This document shows positions 9,037 to 19,036 of a stretch of 64,000 nt of DNA, piece after piece. Both the position numbers and the translations under genes were made by a program. Position 1 is the first letter of the stretch; every line of letters begins with the position of its first letter. Origin of the DNA: a virus. The notes beneath the pieces were generated by a model. The model saw nothing but the letters and a program-made list of their open reading frames with translations. It had not been told where the DNA came from and ran no database searches. Location: the IMG/VR virus record IMGVR_UViG_3300005096_000005, positions 64,001-128,000 of that record; one strand, 5' to 3'.

Positions 9037-11406
9037 TCACACATATTGTATCAGGATTAGAGACCCTTTGGCTATATGTTTACTGGCCTTGAACTTGAAC
9101 ATCTCCTCAATCTGATCCTCGGCCAGCCCAGCCTCAAGATATCTGCGCCGTACAGTTTTGGGGACCTCAATCACCACAACCATATTCCCTGTATAAGGTT
9201 TCCCGTCATAGTGTCCGATATCCCAGAAGTGGCGCTCTCCACCTTCCGGCTCTCTATTCTCCTTCAGTCCTCCACCGCGACTCCGCGTATCAAGAACTAC
9301 ATTCTGTCCATATATCGTGTTGGGAACTACATCAACTCTGCCTAAAGGAACAACCTCGCCGGCAGAACTCTCGTAGTTACCAAAGAAAGCCTTTGTCTGG
9401 AAGAATATCTTCTCAGTTTCTGTATACACTTCGATCTGTGTCTTGTTTCCGTTATGCTCAACTTCCAATATGTATGGAAGCATACTGATGAACACAGGCG
9501 TGGTAAAGAGATTGTACCCGGGGATTGCCATAGATTTGCACACAAGTAGAACACGCTGCTCCTGCATAACACGATCTGGCTCTGCTCCCGCGTCCCACCA
9601 TACAGCAAGATCAAAAACACCACGCTCAAAATCGGTGTCGCCCAAATCCCAGTACAGTGGAATTATCCGTTCGTTATTGCTCAGATCATACAGTTCCACA
9701 GTTCCGGGCGCTATATACTGCAAGCCGGACTCCCACAACTTGGTGTTTCTATTGTATGTCAACTCCTTACGAATATTACCGGCAAAGGAATGGCCTACCG
9801 ACGGGTTCAAATCACACTTAAAGAACTCCTCGTCTTCTCTGTATCCATCAAACGTCACAAAGTCGTTCCTGTAAAAGTAATATGCTCTCACAGATGATGA
9901 CGGGAGAAACCACTTTTTATTCTCCTGTGCTCCAATCACAATGTTGTTATCAAACACAATTCTGTTCTTATCTACAGTAATAATCCTCATGAACTTGGCG
10001 GGAGATGAGCTGATATTACCGACGTTCGTCCCATCAACCGCCGCTGCCTGGTTTGTGTATTGTTTCAAGAACTCTATGGCTTTGCTCTTGTCGGAGAGGT
10101 TTGAAACAATCCAGAATTGTTCCCGAATCTCATCTTCCTTTGTGAAGGTTTCTCGAATAAGAATTACGATGGGCATACTCATTTGCACAGAGTTGTGCGA
10201 AGTAACAATAACGTCCTCATCAATAAAGGCACTCTCTCCACTGGCCAGCGACCATGCCTGGGAGTATGCGTGTCCCTGTCTTACCTCTGCGAACTCTCGT
10301 GTGGAGTAATGGAATCGCACTGTCAGATCGTTGTCGATCTCTGGCATATATCCATAGGTCAGACTAAACTGTGTCAGCGCCTTCTCTCGAATAGCAATCT
10401 GCATCCGCTGGCTTATAGCACGGCCATTCGGATCTGTCATTGTCGCTCCGTCAGTCTCCCAGCTGAACCCACCCTTCTTGATTCGTACAAACCAGGGAAG
10501 GTGATTGTTCGCCGTAGAGGGTACGTCCACAAACACACGAGCGATATCGTCAACCAGGACCTTTATGTACTCGCCAACATTATTGAATTGAATCACGGGA
10601 TAGGCCCCGGCAGTTTTTGTCCACGATCGTGCTGTCTGGTGCACCGGATCCTCGGGGATTACGGACAAAGGAACCGCATACTCACTGTAACCCTGTTCAT
10701 GATGAACCATTGTAGTGATATTGCGACCTCGAGCCTCGGCCTTGTCATAACGCAGGAGAACTAAATTGTCTTTTGGGATGTCTTCAAAGTACACCAAAAC
10801 CTTCCATACATTCAACAGGTCGGGAATTGGTACACCCTCCATGTCCGCCCTGCGTACGTATATAGCGTATTGATAAGGGAACTCACCTCCATCTGGAAGC
10901 GTAACTGCAATACGCTTTCCGCGGTACCGCATCCACTGAGCCACTCCATATCTGGGAAACGGAGAAGCGTGTTCCCATAACAATTCAGAATCTAATCCAA
11001 TAGATTCCACATGAAACCATGCCGTATACGCCCTATAGCGGGCTAAAACTGCGGTAGAGTCTCCATCCCACTCAACAACACTGTCATCAACAAAGACCCT
11101 GTCGGTCATGCTGATGTTGCCGCTAAACGAGATATCCTCGGCGGCATCCCGCCCATAAATCGTGTATCCATTGATAGTAATATTGTCTGTGTCCGGGTAA
11201 GTTCCCTGTCTTATAGTCGCTTCGGGACTGGTTAAATTATCGGGAATGAGATTGCTGAGTTGAGCAACCTGCAAATTCTCCTGGATGTTGAGAGCTATGG
11301 ACTGAACGAAAGCAAGATTGACGGCGTCGGTCGGAACACGTGGTCCCAGTCTGAACGTAGAGGTTTGCCGCCGGGTCCGCTTCTTTGCCGGTAATGTATT
11401 AAGCAT
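9037..11406 (-). CDS. Baseplate-associated structural protein, about 790 aa
   Basis: Start is probably 11406 (TAATG overlap with the upstream stop) or 11418. The C-terminus DTRSRGGG...WDIGHYDGKPY...VVIEVP...KHIAKG resembles the end of wedge-type proteins. Confidence 0.55.
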   Translation of the reverse strand: MLNTLPAKKRTRRQTSTFRLGPRVPTDAVNLAFVQSIALNIQENLQVAQLSNLIPDNLTSPEATIRQGTYPDTDNITINGYTIYGRDAAEDISFSGNISMTDRVFVDDSVVEWDGDSTAVLARYRAYTAWFHVESIGLDSELLWEHASPFPRYGVAQWMRYRGKRIAVTLPDGGEFPYQYAIYVRRADMEGVPIPDLLNVWKVLVYFEDIPKDNLVLLRYDKAEARGRNITTMVHHEQGYSEYAVPLSVIPEDPVHQTARSWTKTAGAYPVIQFNNVGEYIKVLVDDIARVFVDVPSTANNHLPWFVRIKKGGFSWETDGATMTDPNGRAISQRMQIAIREKALTQFSLTYGYMPEIDNDLTVRFHYSTREFAEVRQGHAYSQAWSLASGESAFIDEDVIVTSHNSVQMSMPIVILIRETFTKEDEIREQFWIVSNLSDKSKAIEFLKQYTNQAAAVDGTNVGNISSSPAKFMRIITVDKNRIVFDNNIVIGAQENKKWFLPSSSVRAYYFYRNDFVTFDGYREDEEFFKCDLNPSVGHSFAGNIRKELTYNRNTKLWESGLQYIAPGTVELYDLSNNERIIPLYWDLGDTDFERGVFDLAVWWDAGAEPDRVMQEQRVLLVCKSMAIPGYNLFTTPVFISMLPYILEVEHNGNKTQIEVYTETEKIFFQTKAFFGNYESSAGEVVPLGRVDVVPNTIYGQNVVLDTRSRGGGLKENREPEGGERHFWDIGHYDGKPYTGNMVVVIEVPKTVRRRYLEAGLAEDQIEEMFKFKASKHIAKGSLILIQYV

Positions 11407-14400
11407 TACTCTACCCATATCTCCGCCCCTCCGTAAACAGCAGGGGCAGTCTCGGTTTTGTTCCACTCACCAAGTGGCATATATTCTACTACAAACTGAA
11501 GGGGTCTGGTAGAGTCGATAATATAACCACCTTCGATCTGTTGTGGGACCGTTAACGTCCCGCATACCTTCCCCATAAAGTTCGAGATATTCCCATGAGC
11601 GAAAATCGCTGAATGAGGAATATCGTGGTTTTCTTCCGAGGGCTGATCCGGTAACTTGACCAACCCTTCAAGCCGAACGTGCACAGCCCTATTCGGTACC
11701 GGGGCGCCATACTTATCCCTAAGTATAGCATACCAATACAGGATATGTTCAGTCCCTACCACATTACTCCTGGTGCCAACAATAGTAGAAGGCTCCACTC
11801 CCACTTCGATACTGGCAATCTCCCTATCGGTGTCATCGATATATACGAACCCGGTATTCTCCACCGCGAGAGCCGGATTGAAAGAGATGGTATCTATGAT
11901 ATTCTTTCCTGGGTCTACCTGTTCAGGCGGAGCAAGATGGAAGTATGGATCGATACCCTTCTCATAAAACACCCTGTAGGTTCCCTCTTCAGCAAAAGCG
12001 AGAGAAGTTACCAGATATAACCCACTATCGGGGCTGGCGACTTCTGACTGCAACCGGTTGATAGTGAAAGGCGAGAATGATCTTTTGACCATGTATCGGA
12101 TAGTAATCTGTTGGATGTCCTCCGGAGTCTCGAGATAAACCGTGTTGCGGTCCAGTCCTCGCGAACCAATTCTCATACTGTCCTGCACTCCCCAGTCATT
12201 GATACTGACGAGGTCCATATCCGAAAGTGTTGGAGCTCCATTAACAAGAGAGACCATATCCAGGTAGTCGGAGAAGTCGAACAGCCACTTGTAATAGAAG
12301 TCGAACCTGTCTACTTCCGATTCATTCAGAAAGATAGTCTGGTTTGGATCCACGCGATACAACGGTCCACGGAGCGCCTGGCCCTGTACAACCTTGGTCT
12401 GATCATGATACGTATCAATCCTGACCAACTCGATACCGTCAATGATAATGGATTCAATTACCACATTCGAATACTGGAGTGGGTACAGATGATACTTGTT
12501 ACGCTCAAACGTCTCCACCCGTGAGATCCCCGCAGGATCTTCCGTGTCGTTCGTCCTGAATACGGGCAAGAGAGTTGGCGCCTGCTCTGCGTCTATCCGT
12601 AGGGCTCTCAGTCCAAATTGACCATCATAGAAGTCTCTGACGATGACATCGTCATTGTAAACTGTAACGTATACATACTCCTCGTCCGGAGCGGCGTCTG
12701 CGGAGGTGGGGTATGCGTTCACAGTAATCACGTCGCCGTAAGAATCAATCTGAAGCAGGTGCCAGCCAGTGAAACCGGAACTGCTCTCCATCTCGGCGGC
12801 GACAATGAAGAAGTCCTTGTACATTGTGATGCCACCGAGCCTGATAATAGCGTCAGATGTGGCTCCCTGGTTCAGACTAATCTGAATTGTAGAAACGTGC
12901 TGCCCCATCATATTAACAACAAGAATCTGTTTGTCACCATCGAAAGTGAGTCCGTCAGGATTGTTGTTGTTTGTGATGAATATAGTGTCTCCATCCGCAT
13001 ATATACCCGAAATCTTTTGGTCTCTTACGATCCCTGTTAAATTGATGGAAGGGTCCTCTTCGGGCTTCCACGCCTTGTCTACCCCTGCGCTGGCCGTCTG
13101 GATTCCAATACTGTATTGATATACCTTATGGGTATAGTCTCCACCGTCTTCTTTAGATATCGCGCAATATAGGGTGTCTCCAGATACGGCAATGGCGTCC
13201 AAATTGTACTCGGCCCCAAGTAGGGTCGGATCGAAAGATACCAAAAAACTTGGACTGTCCACAGAGAAGTCTTCTCCATAATAGTCCCGTGCCAGAAACA
13301 GCTGCCTGTCGTCCTGCTCGTCAGGCAGAGTTTGCAGCAGATCCTCCATAGCATCATCGAGCGGCAACGCCCACGAAGAGATCGGGCACCTGTACACTCC
13401 CCATTTGTCCTCTGATCCTTGCTCCATGATAAGGTACATATTCTTATCAGACACGACAGCGCCACGTCCCGGCCGCACAGAATCAGGTACAGCCGCCAAC
13501 ACGGAAGACACCGTCGTAAGGCTCGGAGTGTTCATTAGCTGCCCTCTGCCTCTGGTGTATCCAACTGGAAACCCCATGGTTGCAGTACCTTCGTCCATCG
13601 CATGTCCTGCCATCACAATAATAGGAGCCGACTGCTGCGGCACGAACTGAAGCTCGGTAACAAAGTGACGCAGATCCAGGTCGGTGTCTACCGCTCCATA
13701 TCGACTGCCGGCGAATGTAGACCTTCCCATTCCGGACGAGCCTCCAAGCGTCTGTTCTTTCTGTTCATCACCAAATAGATAGAACTCCTGCTGGCCGATG
13801 TAATAATACCCGGACGAGAAACGGGGATACCATAACATCTCCATATTGAGATTCATGTTGGCTGCGATTGTCCAGTCGCCGGATACTGGATCCTGTATAA
13901 GGTATGTGTCAACGTAGGGGGAATTGTCTGCAACTTCCCACCTCAAATTAGTAACGCCTTCTTTAGCAATTGCCGGGTCATCGCTGGCGACTCCTGGCCA
14001 TACGCTCTCGACATCGAACAGAGGTGGCGCTCCCCCGGCTCCTCCCTTCAGAAGGTACTTCCCGTTCACTTCTATCACGACAGCATTGGTCGGGTCTGTC
14101 ATATCCGGGTTAATCCCGGTCCATCCGGTATAAGTTAGAGGGTTCTGTGTCCTGTCGGTAATCTTCGCCGCATTAAGGTCCCTGAGCTGAAAGTCGGACT
14201 TGTAAGTAATGTCCCTTTTTACCACCTGGTCCAAAACCGAAAACAGCGATTGACTCCTCCACGGCCTCGACAGTGTCATGTCCTTGCTGTACGCCGACGC
14301 TGCTCGAAGAATCAGGTGCCTATCATAGTCAAAAGAGGTTGTATTATCATCGGGACCGAACCATTGCAACCAGAAACCGGACTCTGTATTTGTGTGATAA

Positions 14401-16475
14401 TCCTCGTACATCTGGTCGCCTTCCTGGCGGGTATGCACATGGTCCGGAGTTGCGGGAGACGTCGGAACAATAACATTCATACCCATGGCTGTCATGTCAA
14501 CACCGTCAATAGCAATGGCTCCTTCTGTCGAGTGCAAAACAAGCTGAATGTTTTGGCCTGGCCCTACAAATCTCCGATCAATGGTATCTATTTGGGCTTC
14601 AGCAGGAAGGTCCTTTTCTGCCCTCATACTGATATTAACTTTTGGTCCCTCATGCCAGTTCTCAGGAGCGAGAGGGTCTGATACAATAGGGAAGTTCCAC
14701 GGAAACGCAACAAAATATGGCTCGGTTAATGGAGCTGTGGACTCCGTAGTTGCAACCACGTGCAATTCTGTAGACGTTAATGCGCTGACAACTTCCACAC
14801 CTCCGTCAGATGTGGGAACCTCGGCAGTTGCAATAATGTTCCTGTTGTCCCTGGTTGAATACTCAAATCCGGCCGCCATCATGGCGCTCGCATCATAATC
14901 AGGCGAGGGGTTGGTAACACTGGAATCGTACAGAGAGCCTGCATACTCGGCAACAGCCTCAATAAACATCAGGTCCGGATCATTGGGTGTAATCCTGGCC
15001 TCCGCATTTGTAACCGTCATCTCCACGGACTTGACCCATAAGGTATCCTCTGGGGTAGGGCCGTCATAATAACCTGCAGTATCATAGCGGCGCTCATTCT
15101 CTTCCCAGTCGTATATCATGGCGATACGTGCCGGATCCACCAGGAACTCTATCTCGACCTCTTTAACGCCAACAAACCTCGACTTGGGAATCGTCCAGGT
15201 CGTAGTTCCTCCGCCATTGGGGTCAAAATCCTCCATCCACGTCTCAACAGGATCTCCGGAAGCGTCTCTTGTAGTGAAAGTGACATCCCATGCAGCATAA
15301 GACTCTTCTTCCGGGGAGTGTTCTACGGTTAATATCACATCCCCGTCCTCAATCACTTCAGCTGGCAGATTCTCATAATTCACTCTGAACTTAACAGTAA
15401 AGACATTCGGCGATTGGTTGAGCGGATCCATGTCGTCGATAAGCGTATAGAGGCCGCCTTCAGCATTAACCGCCCATTGAGCGCCGGAGGCAGACATCCC
15501 ATCCACAGACAGGTTCAGGATTCTCTCCCTGTTTGGATCGTCATAAGTATACCAGTCTTCTTGCGGTACAGAATAATCCTGATGCCAGTCCGTATCGTGG
15601 TAGGCGATAATGTTTGAGAATACGAGAGGTGGAGTTCCGCCCGCTACCATCCCAAAGGTCATCTTACTCTTACGGCTGTGGTCGTATGTGTCTGCGTGAG
15701 GCACCTGAAGGTAATCGATAAGAGCCTGCCGGAATACTTCGCTGATAAGTACGTACTTCTTTCGTAAGACTTCCGGGATTGGATAGTAGTTATCGTCTCC
15801 TACATTACTCCACGCCAGACAATAACGTGGGTTTGGGTGTATGTTCAGGTCGGGCGTGAGATCACTGAATTCATCTACGTAATGAAGAACGTAACTGTTC
15901 ACATCATCCGGATCAAATGGAGGGATCAGATCGACGGTCCAGAATTCAAGGTCGTTTAGAATGGCAGGACGCACCCATCGGCGCACTATGCCTCCCTGAT
16001 ATTCAGGGTACTTGGCTGCTCCGTACTTTTGGAAAGCAGCATAAAGGCGCTCTCGCAAGTACGCTGTGTCCCACACAACCACAGGGGGCGCTTTAGGGTT
16101 GGCGTAATATTCAGTATCTGGATACGGATCGAGTGCGTCATCTGCGGGTCGAGGGAATAGTGCGCGCCGTCCCCATGACAGAAAATTGATGTACGGCCTC
16201 CACCGACAGTAGCCAGGGTTTGTCATGTTGCCTGTAAACCGTATCTGCCACTTTGTGTTTACAGGTACATGTACATTCTCTTCTACTATCTGTTCCCCTG
16301 CAAGGAAAACCGTATAATCGAACACAGTTTCATCTGCAAGAGCTTCTGGAGCATGTACCATACAGTCGGCGCCATCGCCAACTCCACTATAAGCGCGAGC
16401 CTCCTTGTCGGCCGTAAGTGCGAGCTTCCAATCCGTTCCGCCAGGAACGAAGTTATCCTGAGTCGTTGCCATCAT
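11406..16475 (-). CDS. Large baseplate/adhesion protein with putative beta-propeller and C-terminal Big_1-like Ig domain, 1689 aa
   Basis: Blade-like repeats (LDAIAVSGDTLYCA, ISGIYADGDTIFIT, LGGITMYKDFFIVA) and the invasin-Ig-like motif AILRDKYGAPVPNRAVHVRL. Confidence 0.55.
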   Translation of the reverse strand: MMATTQDNFVPGGTDWKLALTADKEARAYSGVGDGADCMVHAPEALADETVFDYTVFLAGEQIVEENVHVPVNTKWQIRFTGNMTNPGYCRWRPYINFLSWGRRALFPRPADDALDPYPDTEYYANPKAPPVVVWDTAYLRERLYAAFQKYGAAKYPEYQGGIVRRWVRPAILNDLEFWTVDLIPPFDPDDVNSYVLHYVDEFSDLTPDLNIHPNPRYCLAWSNVGDDNYYPIPEVLRKKYVLISEVFRQALIDYLQVPHADTYDHSRKSKMTFGMVAGGTPPLVFSNIIAYHDTDWHQDYSVPQEDWYTYDDPNRERILNLSVDGMSASGAQWAVNAEGGLYTLIDDMDPLNQSPNVFTVKFRVNYENLPAEVIEDGDVILTVEHSPEEESYAAWDVTFTTRDASGDPVETWMEDFDPNGGGTTTWTIPKSRFVGVKEVEIEFLVDPARIAMIYDWEENERRYDTAGYYDGPTPEDTLWVKSVEMTVTNAEARITPNDPDLMFIEAVAEYAGSLYDSSVTNPSPDYDASAMMAAGFEYSTRDNRNIIATAEVPTSDGGVEVVSALTSTELHVVATTESTAPLTEPYFVAFPWNFPIVSDPLAPENWHEGPKVNISMRAEKDLPAEAQIDTIDRRFVGPGQNIQLVLHSTEGAIAIDGVDMTAMGMNVIVPTSPATPDHVHTRQEGDQMYEDYHTNTESGFWLQWFGPDDNTTSFDYDRHLILRAASAYSKDMTLSRPWRSQSLFSVLDQVVKRDITYKSDFQLRDLNAAKITDRTQNPLTYTGWTGINPDMTDPTNAVVIEVNGKYLLKGGAGGAPPLFDVESVWPGVASDDPAIAKEGVTNLRWEVADNSPYVDTYLIQDPVSGDWTIAANMNLNMEMLWYPRFSSGYYYIGQQEFYLFGDEQKEQTLGGSSGMGRSTFAGSRYGAVDTDLDLRHFVTELQFVPQQSAPIIVMAGHAMDEGTATMGFPVGYTRGRGQLMNTPSLTTVSSVLAAVPDSVRPGRGAVVSDKNMYLIMEQGSEDKWGVYRCPISSWALPLDDAMEDLLQTLPDEQDDRQLFLARDYYGEDFSVDSPSFLVSFDPTLLGAEYNLDAIAVSGDTLYCAISKEDGGDYTHKVYQYSIGIQTASAGVDKAWKPEEDPSINLTGIVRDQKISGIYADGDTIFITNNNNPDGLTFDGDKQILVVNMMGQHVSTIQISLNQGATSDAIIRLGGITMYKDFFIVAAEMESSSGFTGWHLLQIDSYGDVITVNAYPTSADAAPDEEYVYVTVYNDDVIVRDFYDGQFGLRALRIDAEQAPTLLPVFRTNDTEDPAGISRVETFERNKYHLYPLQYSNVVIESIIIDGIELVRIDTYHDQTKVVQGQALRGPLYRVDPNQTIFLNESEVDRFDFYYKWLFDFSDYLDMVSLVNGAPTLSDMDLVSINDWGVQDSMRIGSRGLDRNTVYLETPEDIQQITIRYMVKRSFSPFTINRLQSEVASPDSGLYLVTSLAFAEEGTYRVFYEKGIDPYFHLAPPEQVDPGKNIIDTISFNPALAVENTGFVYIDDTDREIASIEVGVEPSTIVGTRSNVVGTEHILYWYAILRDKYGAPVPNRAVHVRLEGLVKLPDQPSEENHDIPHSAIFAHGNISNFMGKVCGTLTVPQQIEGGYIIDSTRPLQFVVEYMPLGEWNKTETAPAVYGGAEIWVE

Positions 16476-18328
16476 GTCCTCTTACGATCGGGCTGGAACT
16501 CTGTGTCCCATAGGTGCGGCACGAACGTGAGTGTCCGCTCCATTCCCGGAGTATTGAGTTTCAATATAGTATTGGGGTCTTCGAATACAGCTTCCTCCCA
16601 CCAGAATCCCTGACCCCACCTCCACTGATTCCACATTACTTTTGTAGTGTCGTTGATGATCTCCGCCATCCGTTCGTGTCCGATCCGGTTCATTCCCTGC
16701 TGTGTGATATCGTTGAAAGCTTCATGCCGCCTCTGCCACGTAGCGTATGCATCAGGACGCAGAGCTCGGTATTGAATGGCCTCCGGACTAATGCCCAGGT
16801 AATGTGCCTTACGTTCTTCTGAATAGTCGGCAGGACCATCGAAACCTTCAAAGTGGACCATCCGGTAGTCCGTCTCGTTAATTGCAAACACACGGCTCAT
16901 CATAGTCTGTAACAGGTATTCGTGAGCCTGAGGGATACCGGCCCTGTGAAAAGTCCCGCTCCGTACGTGAACGTACTGCGGAGGTTTCTGTTCCGGCATC
17001 AGGCTACTTACTCTCATACGATATTCAAGGATCACGTAAGCATTATTGTCGTATGCTCTGTGGTGGTCCGCGTAATAAATATCTTTGATCTCACTGTCAG
17101 TCAACCCGGGGTACTTTGATCGAAGACTGTCCATTGGCAGGCGCCCGTCTGGAGAATCCACGTAATCAACTTCGATTGTTAGAGCGTTGGAATCAAACAC
17201 AAACTGGTCGTTGTTCTTTCCATTAGCTTTGACACAACGATACGCCACAGTATATGTGTCGTCATCGTCAAATCCAACTGACGCAAAACCATATACGTGA
17301 TCCGGTACGGGTGTAAGCACGATGTGTCCCGGCCCTGTCAGCCTCAACACAAGATAATAAACCAGGGTGCTGTGTCGAGTTGTCGGCACTTCAGACGTAG
17401 CGAGAACAGACGGTACAGTGATGATTCCATCTTCGATAATGTTGTCCCACTTTGCCACCTGGAGAATTCTCGGAGCTTCAGTTCGCGGTTCAGCAACACG
17501 GGCCGGATCTCCAAATACATCTACCCCATCGTTATCGTACAAAATCGGAAGCCTGAATTCGCCGGGATTGGTTAGAAGCCCAAACTCCCGGCGTACACCA
17601 TTCTTGATCCCGGGACCTGTAGCGTTACTCGGATGGATGAAGATGTCATTCAGACGCCGGGCGTAAAACATATCGTGTTCACCAGGCAGCCTCTCGACAC
17701 CCATGTCGAATCCCCACTCGTCGATCTGGTCCCAGATGTTTGACAACTTAAATGAATTGCTGGATACAGTTCTTGTGTATGGGTCATTGTGGTTGGCGTC
17801 GGCTGCAAAATGGATGGTGATGCTGTCGTACTTCTTTTCGAACAACAAGTACTTGTCAGTACGGCCCAGCTCCTGGTCCGTCATGTCCAGCAAAACGCAC
17901 CAATCCTGCGGCGTGGTAAATCTGACCGCCTGTTTATAACTGGCAAAGAAGTGCGGGTTAGGGAAGTAGTTGAATTGCTCGCTATATCCGTCCTGGGTAA
18001 ACACGACCTTCTCAATTACGGTAGAAGTTACGGGAACAAACCATAAGGGTTTAAACAACTCCGGCGGGAAGTGCGTAAAGCTGGAGGTTCCATGAACAAT
18101 CTCATAAATGGTAGACTCTGCACTGAACGGATTGGAGAGGGCACGCCATAGGAGGAGGTTTTGCCGAAAGTCTTCCAGAGGGCGGCCCACTACATTCATG
18201 AGCCTTTTCCCAAACGACTTCGGGTCATAAAACACCCTGGTCCATGTCGGCCAATTAGACGACATTGACTCCCCAATGTCTGTCGGGATAGTCGGTATAA
18301 TGAATGCGTGTGCTGTTATCGCTTTCAT
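16472..18328 (-). CDS. Baseplate wedge-like protein (P2 gpI / T4 gp7-like), 618 aa
   Basis: IDEWGFDMGVERLPGEHDMFYARRL...NATGPGIKNGV matches the 'LD..G...G..R..GE.D..YR.R' wedge pattern; lies downstream of the gpJ-like gene. Confidence 0.6.
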   Translation of the reverse strand: MKAITAHAFIIPTIPTDIGESMSSNWPTWTRVFYDPKSFGKRLMNVVGRPLEDFRQNLLLWRALSNPFSAESTIYEIVHGTSSFTHFPPELFKPLWFVPVTSTVIEKVVFTQDGYSEQFNYFPNPHFFASYKQAVRFTTPQDWCVLLDMTDQELGRTDKYLLFEKKYDSITIHFAADANHNDPYTRTVSSNSFKLSNIWDQIDEWGFDMGVERLPGEHDMFYARRLNDIFIHPSNATGPGIKNGVRREFGLLTNPGEFRLPILYDNDGVDVFGDPARVAEPRTEAPRILQVAKWDNIIEDGIITVPSVLATSEVPTTRHSTLVYYLVLRLTGPGHIVLTPVPDHVYGFASVGFDDDDTYTVAYRCVKANGKNNDQFVFDSNALTIEVDYVDSPDGRLPMDSLRSKYPGLTDSEIKDIYYADHHRAYDNNAYVILEYRMRVSSLMPEQKPPQYVHVRSGTFHRAGIPQAHEYLLQTMMSRVFAINETDYRMVHFEGFDGPADYSEERKAHYLGISPEAIQYRALRPDAYATWQRRHEAFNDITQQGMNRIGHERMAEIINDTTKVMWNQWRWGQGFWWEEAVFEDPNTILKLNTPGMERTLTFVPHLWDTEFQPDRKRT

Positions 18329-18732
18329 ATTCCCCTAACCTCAATGCTTCCACGGACGTCTACATTACTGGAGTCCTTGATAGTGTAGTATATCGTGTAC
18401 ATCCTTGCCGCTTCAATAGATGGCACTGACAGAACCACTGACCTGTCTGACACTGCTGAAACAGACCCCGGAATGATTGCATGTCCCGCGTCATCCACAA
18501 GTTGCCAGTTTTTCCTTTTGGTTGCCGACAGTTTGTTGACAGGAGAGTCGAATGTTACCTGCACAACCTTGTCGTACTCACGAATAGGCATCTCGTCGCC
18601 TGCCGTTTTAACACTGGCAGCGAGCCTGCCTTCAAAGAATGCAAACCCTTTCGCACTTACCGACACCGTGCTGGCAAGTCCGGGATCTCCGGGATACTCT
18701 CTAAAAGGAGGAAAGTAAACAGTATTAGACAA
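18325..18732 (-). CDS. Small Ig-like (Big_5-type) protein, 135 aa
   Basis: VQVTFDSPV...NWQL...VVLSV...YTIYYTIKD Ig-like pattern. Confidence 0.5.
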   Translation of the reverse strand: MSNTVYFPPFREYPGDPGLASTVSVSAKGFAFFEGRLAASVKTAGDEMPIREYDKVVQVTFDSPVNKLSATKRKNWQLVDDAGHAIIPGSVSAVSDRSVVLSVPSIEAARMYTIYYTIKDSSNVDVRGSIEVRGI

Positions 18733-19027
18733 TCTCTACGGTTCCTCTCTGTATAATATGATCGATCCGCGTCTTCACTCCCACGACACCGTCTTGTTCA
18801 AAATCGAGCCTTCCGCCAATGTCCAGACGACCGTCGAACATTTGTTCGTATGGAGCTTCGTTACTGACAATCCCCACTTTGCCTGGAAACACAAACCAGC
18901 CTACGCTCTTGACAGCCATTCTGCCATCGAAGAACTTAACCCGGGGCGTGGGAGCTTTGACTCCGATCTTTCCGGGCCATATCAAGGCACTACGGATAGT
19001 CACAGTTCCGTCAAAGAAAACCTGCAT
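18725..19027 (-). CDS. Small beta-repeat protein, 100 aa
   Basis: AAGGAG SD; five copies of an aromatic-[DP]-G-[RKT]-hydrophobic motif. Confidence 0.55.
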   Translation of the reverse strand: MQVFFDGTVTIRSALIWPGKIGVKAPTPRVKFFDGRMAVKSVGWFVFPGKVGIVSNEAPYEQMFDGRLDIGGRLDFEQDGVVGVKTRIDHIIQRGTVEIV

Positions 19028-19036
19028 ATCTACTCC

